DNA from: Neoechinorhynchus agilis
Lineage: Eukaryota; Animalia; Acanthocephala
Direction: 5' to 3'
Assembly (NCBI GenBank): GCA_051530055.1
Contig: CM121343.1
Location: 2,326,389 to 2,390,388 of the forward strand
Length of the DNA: 64,000 bases
Position 1 is the stretch's first letter; every line of letters begins with the position of its first letter. The notes under the pieces are model-generated. The model saw nothing but the letters and a program-made list of their open reading frames with translations. It was not told the origin of the DNA and did no database searches. The translations under genes and the position numbers were made by a program. Below are positions 59,728-64,000 of this stretch, one piece after another.

Positions 59728-61384
59728 ATGAGCACTTTATGGAGACCAAGGTCGTATATTTCACCAGCAAAAAGAGAAGTGGATGGAAATGAGCCAATGC
59801 AGAGGAGATTGTCTGCTCAGGATTTTAAGGGAAATTACAAAGATGAAACTGTGATCGATAGACGCCACTCGTTTGGTGATCTCAAATGCTCTTTCCTTAC
59901 GCCTCGATTGAGGAATATGGGAGCTAGTCCACGCTTAACATCATGCGCAGAAATGGGAAATTCTGGCCAAAATCACGGTCGACCACTGCTCACAGTCAAC
60001 AATCATGGCAATGATACCGAGCCGATAAATCGCAGACCAATCACAATGACAAAATCGAGTAATGCCGGTCATTTTATGATACATTTGCCTTTGGGAAACA
60101 CCCGTCATCATCTTAATACATTTTACTCGAGTCCTTCGAATGCACGACAAACAAATAAAAATGAGAAGGTTCTATTTGGTCAAGGTGACGTTGGCCAAAA
60201 GAAATTAGTTAATAATGTGAAACCCACATATAAAAATGTAGACAAACAACATTTAACAAAAAGTCATTATTACGAAACTCAAACTAATCTTGGTAACAAT
60301 AAGATGTTTACCTTCGAAGACAAATTCGTTGCTCCAAAACAAGATTGGCCCAGAATCGGAATGAGCATTTCAGTCAATGGAATGAGCAAAAGTATGAACG
60401 CATGGAAGATGCCATACCAAAATCGTTCACTGGACAACGGTGATTTTGGTGATGATGCTGGGATGATGTTCGAAAATAACAATTGTTGTTTCATAGGTAC
60501 ATTTATCATCCACAATCAAGATCTATGTTGTTTTTCCGTTTTTAAATAGCCTTAGCTGATGGAGCAGGCGGCAATCGAAGTCAAGGAATCGATCCGTCAA
60601 TTTTCAGTAGGAATTTAATGGCATCCTGCCTCCGAGTATTGCGATCAAGTGAATACAACACTAGACAATTGCTTCAATTGGTCACTGCTGCTATGAAAAA
60701 AATAGAAATGCTGAATGTATTAGGTAAATGTTTTACTATTTGGCAGTCAACTTCCACTTTACTCGTTTAGGTAGCGCCACAATATGCGTTGTTGGGCTGG
60801 ACAGGCGCATGAATTTACTTAATACGCTTAATATTGGCGATTCAGGTGTAAAGGTGATCAGAAGTAGTAAAATTGTGTTCCGTTCAAAACGAACCATGAA
60901 TGGTAGCACTCCATGCCAACTTTTTCTCATAGATCATACAGATCTTTTCAAAATGGGCGTGCTGCCTACAAGTTTTATAAAGGAAAGGTATCGTAAAAAG
61001 GGGAGTGTACAGTTCATTTATGATTTTTGTAGCGAAATACGAGCGGATTCAGCAATGCAATCTATTCCAGTGCAAGTTGGCGATATAATAATCATATCAT
61101 CCGACGGTTTATGGGATGTAATAAGCGAAAATAGCTTACTTAAGATAATCGAAACTTCCAGAAAACGGGGAAACGTCGGTTTAAAATGCCATTTCGATCA
61201 CCATGCCTCTTAATTTAGGTTGGAGTTGCAGATATCTCTGACGCTTTACTGCATTCCGCAATTAAAGGTCCGCTTTAAATGCTTTTTTCGCTCAATCATT
61301 TCACTACTATATTCGACAGCTTATAATGGCGGATCAAGAGATGATATCCTAATAATCGTAGCCCGAATAAAATCGAGCAACTGA
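59728..61384 (+). CDS. PPTC7: PP2C phosphatase, PTC7/PPTC7-like, 471 aa; join(59728..60496,60550..60723,60771..60987,61033..61174,61219..61267,61320..61384)
   Basis: GDDA, LADGAGG, GIDPSIFSRNLMASC, GSATICVVGLD, NIGDSG, SSDGLWD, GGSRDDIL. Five in-phase GT-AG introns of 53, 47, 45, 44 and 52 nt. Orthology is not tested. Confidence 0.82.
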
Positions 61385-61974
61385 AATGGCAAATACTTTA
61401 TACATGTATATTATGTATAAGAAATTGCAATAAAATGAATTATTTACTGAAAACGTTACCAAAGTATTAATTTCGCGTTGTTCTCTGATGTGACTTATTG
61501 ATAGCGCATTAATGTGCACTCGGAGACCGTAAGGGTACCTGTTAACAGTTGGAGCCCACTAAGCTACTTGAATCCTAGTATGTTTTTAAGAACACTTACC
61601 TTATTCATTGTGCCATTTGCTTGGCGTGTTGGTGGCGGATGAAAAAAATTACTACGACTATTTTTAAAATTATAATCCGAGGAAATCACTGATAGAATCT
61701 TTAAAGCTTCGTAGAGCAGCCATGTTTGCCATGGTATGAGGCCTCGAGACAAGTCCCACACGCAAAGTGCACACCAAGGTTCATATTTTCCATGTTTCGG
61801 CATAATCAATCCGAGTCATGTTGTAATCGAAGATGGTTTAACATAAAAAAAGTTTGTGAGTTTACACGAATCCCTTTGGATCCTCAGATACCTTCCGAGG
61901 AGGCGGGACTCATCAGTGAGTTTTCTCCCTTCAGCAGTATTTCGTCCCCTTTGATGTGCGAAAGCTGTTTGCTG

Positions 61975-62150
61975 TCGAGCCGATCGAGGAGGCAATCGCT
62001 AAGAGGCGGATGCGATGGTACCTGCAGGTGAGATGAAGGCGCCTGGATGAAGAGTTTATGGAGATTCGCGCTCGAGGGAAAAAGGAGAAGGGGGAGGTCC
62101 AAGAAGAGGTGGAAGGACAGTGTGAGCGGAGATCTCAAGACGCTGAGAAA
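61975..62150 (+). mobile_element. RTE-type LINE C-terminal fragment
   Basis: IEEAIAKRRMRWYLQV...GK-RRGRPRRRWKDSVSGDL, frameshifted. Confidence 0.7.
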
Positions 62151-62418
62151 GGAGAAGAACAAAGACGAAAGCCGATAATGCTGAAAAGAACGACCTCTCA
62201 AGTGAGAGAAAAGTTCAAAGAAATGTTGCTGTTTGAAGTGCGCAACCTTCGGCAACGGATTCGGACACGTTGACAATAACTGGGATCTGGAGCATTAGTC
62301 CACTTGACCACCTCAGCACAACTACGGAATGTACAAACTTCTCCACTTTAGCCTGGATTAGTTTTTGAATTTAAGTATTCTTATGAGTGGCGCAGCCGGT
62401 AGTCTTTTTATAGATATG

Positions 62419-62642
62419 TTTTATTTTTTCCATACACGGCCAAATGGACACACAGTCCATCGATTTCGGTCTGCGAAGCGATACTCACTGATGAGTCCCG
62501 CCTCCTCGGGAGGTATCCGAGGATCCGGACGGGGATGTACAAACTCTTTACCGTAGTCTTGAGCATTGAGCGCAGACCAGCGCTTCCCAGACCGAAATCG
62601 ATGGACTGTGTGTCCATTTGTCCGTGTATGGAAAAAATAAAA
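62419..62642. mobile_element. MITE-like element: ~62-bp terminal inverted repeats around a GC-rich structured core
   Basis: 62419-62480 versus 62581-62642 (2 mismatches). The core at 62483-62545 is also present inverted at 61857-61922. Confidence 0.75.
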
Positions 62643-62832
62643 TACATCATTATCGTATGTTTTTGAAAGTCTAAGTGGTTCAATCATTTCCCCTGATGCA
62701 AGATATCGGTTGGATGTTTGCCTAAAAGCAAAAAGACGAGTAAAGGATGATCTAAACACTCAATTAATATAACCGACTTGTCAGTAAAATAATAAAATGA
62801 TAAATTAAATTCAAATTTTTTTGATTACGTCA

Positions 62833-63071
62833 CTACAATTTTTTGTCTTCAAATGTTATGTTTGTTCGGCAGCTTCCTTGATGACCGCGGCATTGCCGCG
62901 TTGGATCGCCCGCTGATTCGCTGCAACAGGAAGCTGCTGGATCGATTATCACCGGTGGCATGTTTTAGCATCCCTCCCAGTCGTGAGAGGAAATAATCGG
63001 CTTCTTTTCTGAGACATCCTAGTGTTTCCACCGCAATCGGGATGAAAATATATTGATGCCGATCGAGCGAG
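62833..63071 (-). mobile_element. CRE-clade 3'-end fragment
   Basis: ETLGCLRKEADYFLSRLGGMLKHATGD; near-identical to 36135-36374. Confidence 0.85.
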
Positions 63072-63927
63072 CATTCTATTAAGATATTTCAAAAGAGAAA
63101 GCTTCATCAGTCATTGAAAAAGGTATCGTCATCTGATATTGTATAGCTCGAGTACGTGACACCACCAATCCTTAGGTTCGTGGACCGTGCATCCCGAATT
63201 ATTTCCTCTTGCTCATAAAAGGGTCCAAAACGTACTACCATGATTCTTCCAGGGATTCTGGTATTTGATTATGAAAGCTGGGGACCGCGATGGATTTTTG
63301 CGAGATTAACGGTTTCATAATGAGAATCTCTCAGAAATCAATAGCGAGACCAGCAACTAAAGATCGTAGATTAAATTCGAGGAGCATTATATGCCGATAT
63401 TCCCGATCAGATCAAATGCTACTGCTTGATACTAACACAGAAAGCTAATCTTGAATGGATAGGATCACGATTTCGCGACAACTTTCGATCATATTTTGAA
63501 TGATGTGACAAATTAACGATTAGACGTCTCTTCTTTTAAAGCCAGAATTGAATAATGCCAGTAACTTTGGAAACTTGGTATTACTGTTGGTCTTAAAAAT
63601 GGCCAGCTAGATAATATATAAGCATTCTCAGATACAGAATAAGCGAAGGAGCTCGTCCTGGACGTTTTTCGAAAGTAGAATATTACATTTCATAATATTA
63701 TGTCCAAGTTCCCATCTCGTATCGTTTAGCATCACGATTCTTATATTCTTCAGCTTTTATATTGTTTTGTCCACCTACTGCTTGATTAAACTACTTTTTT
63801 AGTTTCAAAGAATAAAGAAGATTGCAAAATGGATTAATGATGAGTTTTAATAATTAGAATTATGACGGACGCATACTCGCGGGCATGAAATATTTTATTT
63901 GAAATATTTTTCCCTACTCTCTCGAAA

Positions 63928-64000
63928 TCGCTGGAGGTGCAGCGGAAGGGAGGAAGGTACGAAAATACAGAGGATTAGCAAGGGCCCACTATTTTGTCCC
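63928..64000 (+). mobile_element. Short CRE-clade RLE fragment cut by the window edge
   Basis: AGGAAEGRKVRKYRGLARAHYFV. Confidence 0.55.

Noticed and set aside
63080-63800. Possible spliced gene remnant near the window end
   Set aside because: Only short open stretches, without motifs.
1-64000. Prokaryotic features (CRISPR array, operons, rRNA/tRNA genes)
   Set aside because: Spliceosomal introns, eIF3b, a GPCR and metazoan-type TEs show the DNA is eukaryotic. No repeat-spacer array or tRNA/rRNA fold was recognised.

Overview
Eukaryotic (probably small-bodied animal) genomic DNA. It is AT-rich, with very short GT-AG introns (44-55 nt, one candidate of 23 nt). No rRNA, tRNA or CRISPR array was recognised. 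About 1-53 kb is mostly nested, decayed transposons: Penelope-like, Ty3/Gypsy, CRE-clade, I/Jockey-like, L2/CR1-like and other LINEs, piggyBac and pogo. Host genes among them are a tandemly duplicated RING/B-box gene (one intact copy, one broken), an unknown coiled-coil ORF and a rhodopsin-class GPCR. An intronless eIF3b and a 6-exon PPTC7-like PP2C lie in 55-61.4 kb. The main result is in the first 5 kb. A stop-free ~0.91-kb fragment of a partitivirus-like RdRp (motifs F, A, B, C, D, E) is inserted into a dead piggyBac transposase, in frame at the 5' junction, with TTCA at both junctions; removing it restores the transposase motif WQDKRIIFMLST. About 2 kb upstream is a decayed, intronless, >=670-codon ORF followed by a slippery heptamer and three hairpins, which may be a second endogenised dsRNA-virus gene (toti-like capsid; inference only). 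Other notable structures: a three-level nesting (Gypsy inside a LINE inside a Thr/Asp-rich coding-like repeat), a three-copy composite repeat that has gained a solo LTR and a direct-repeat-flanked TE cassette, and several ribozyme-like or foldback motifs. All assignments come from motif reading by eye; no database searches were run.
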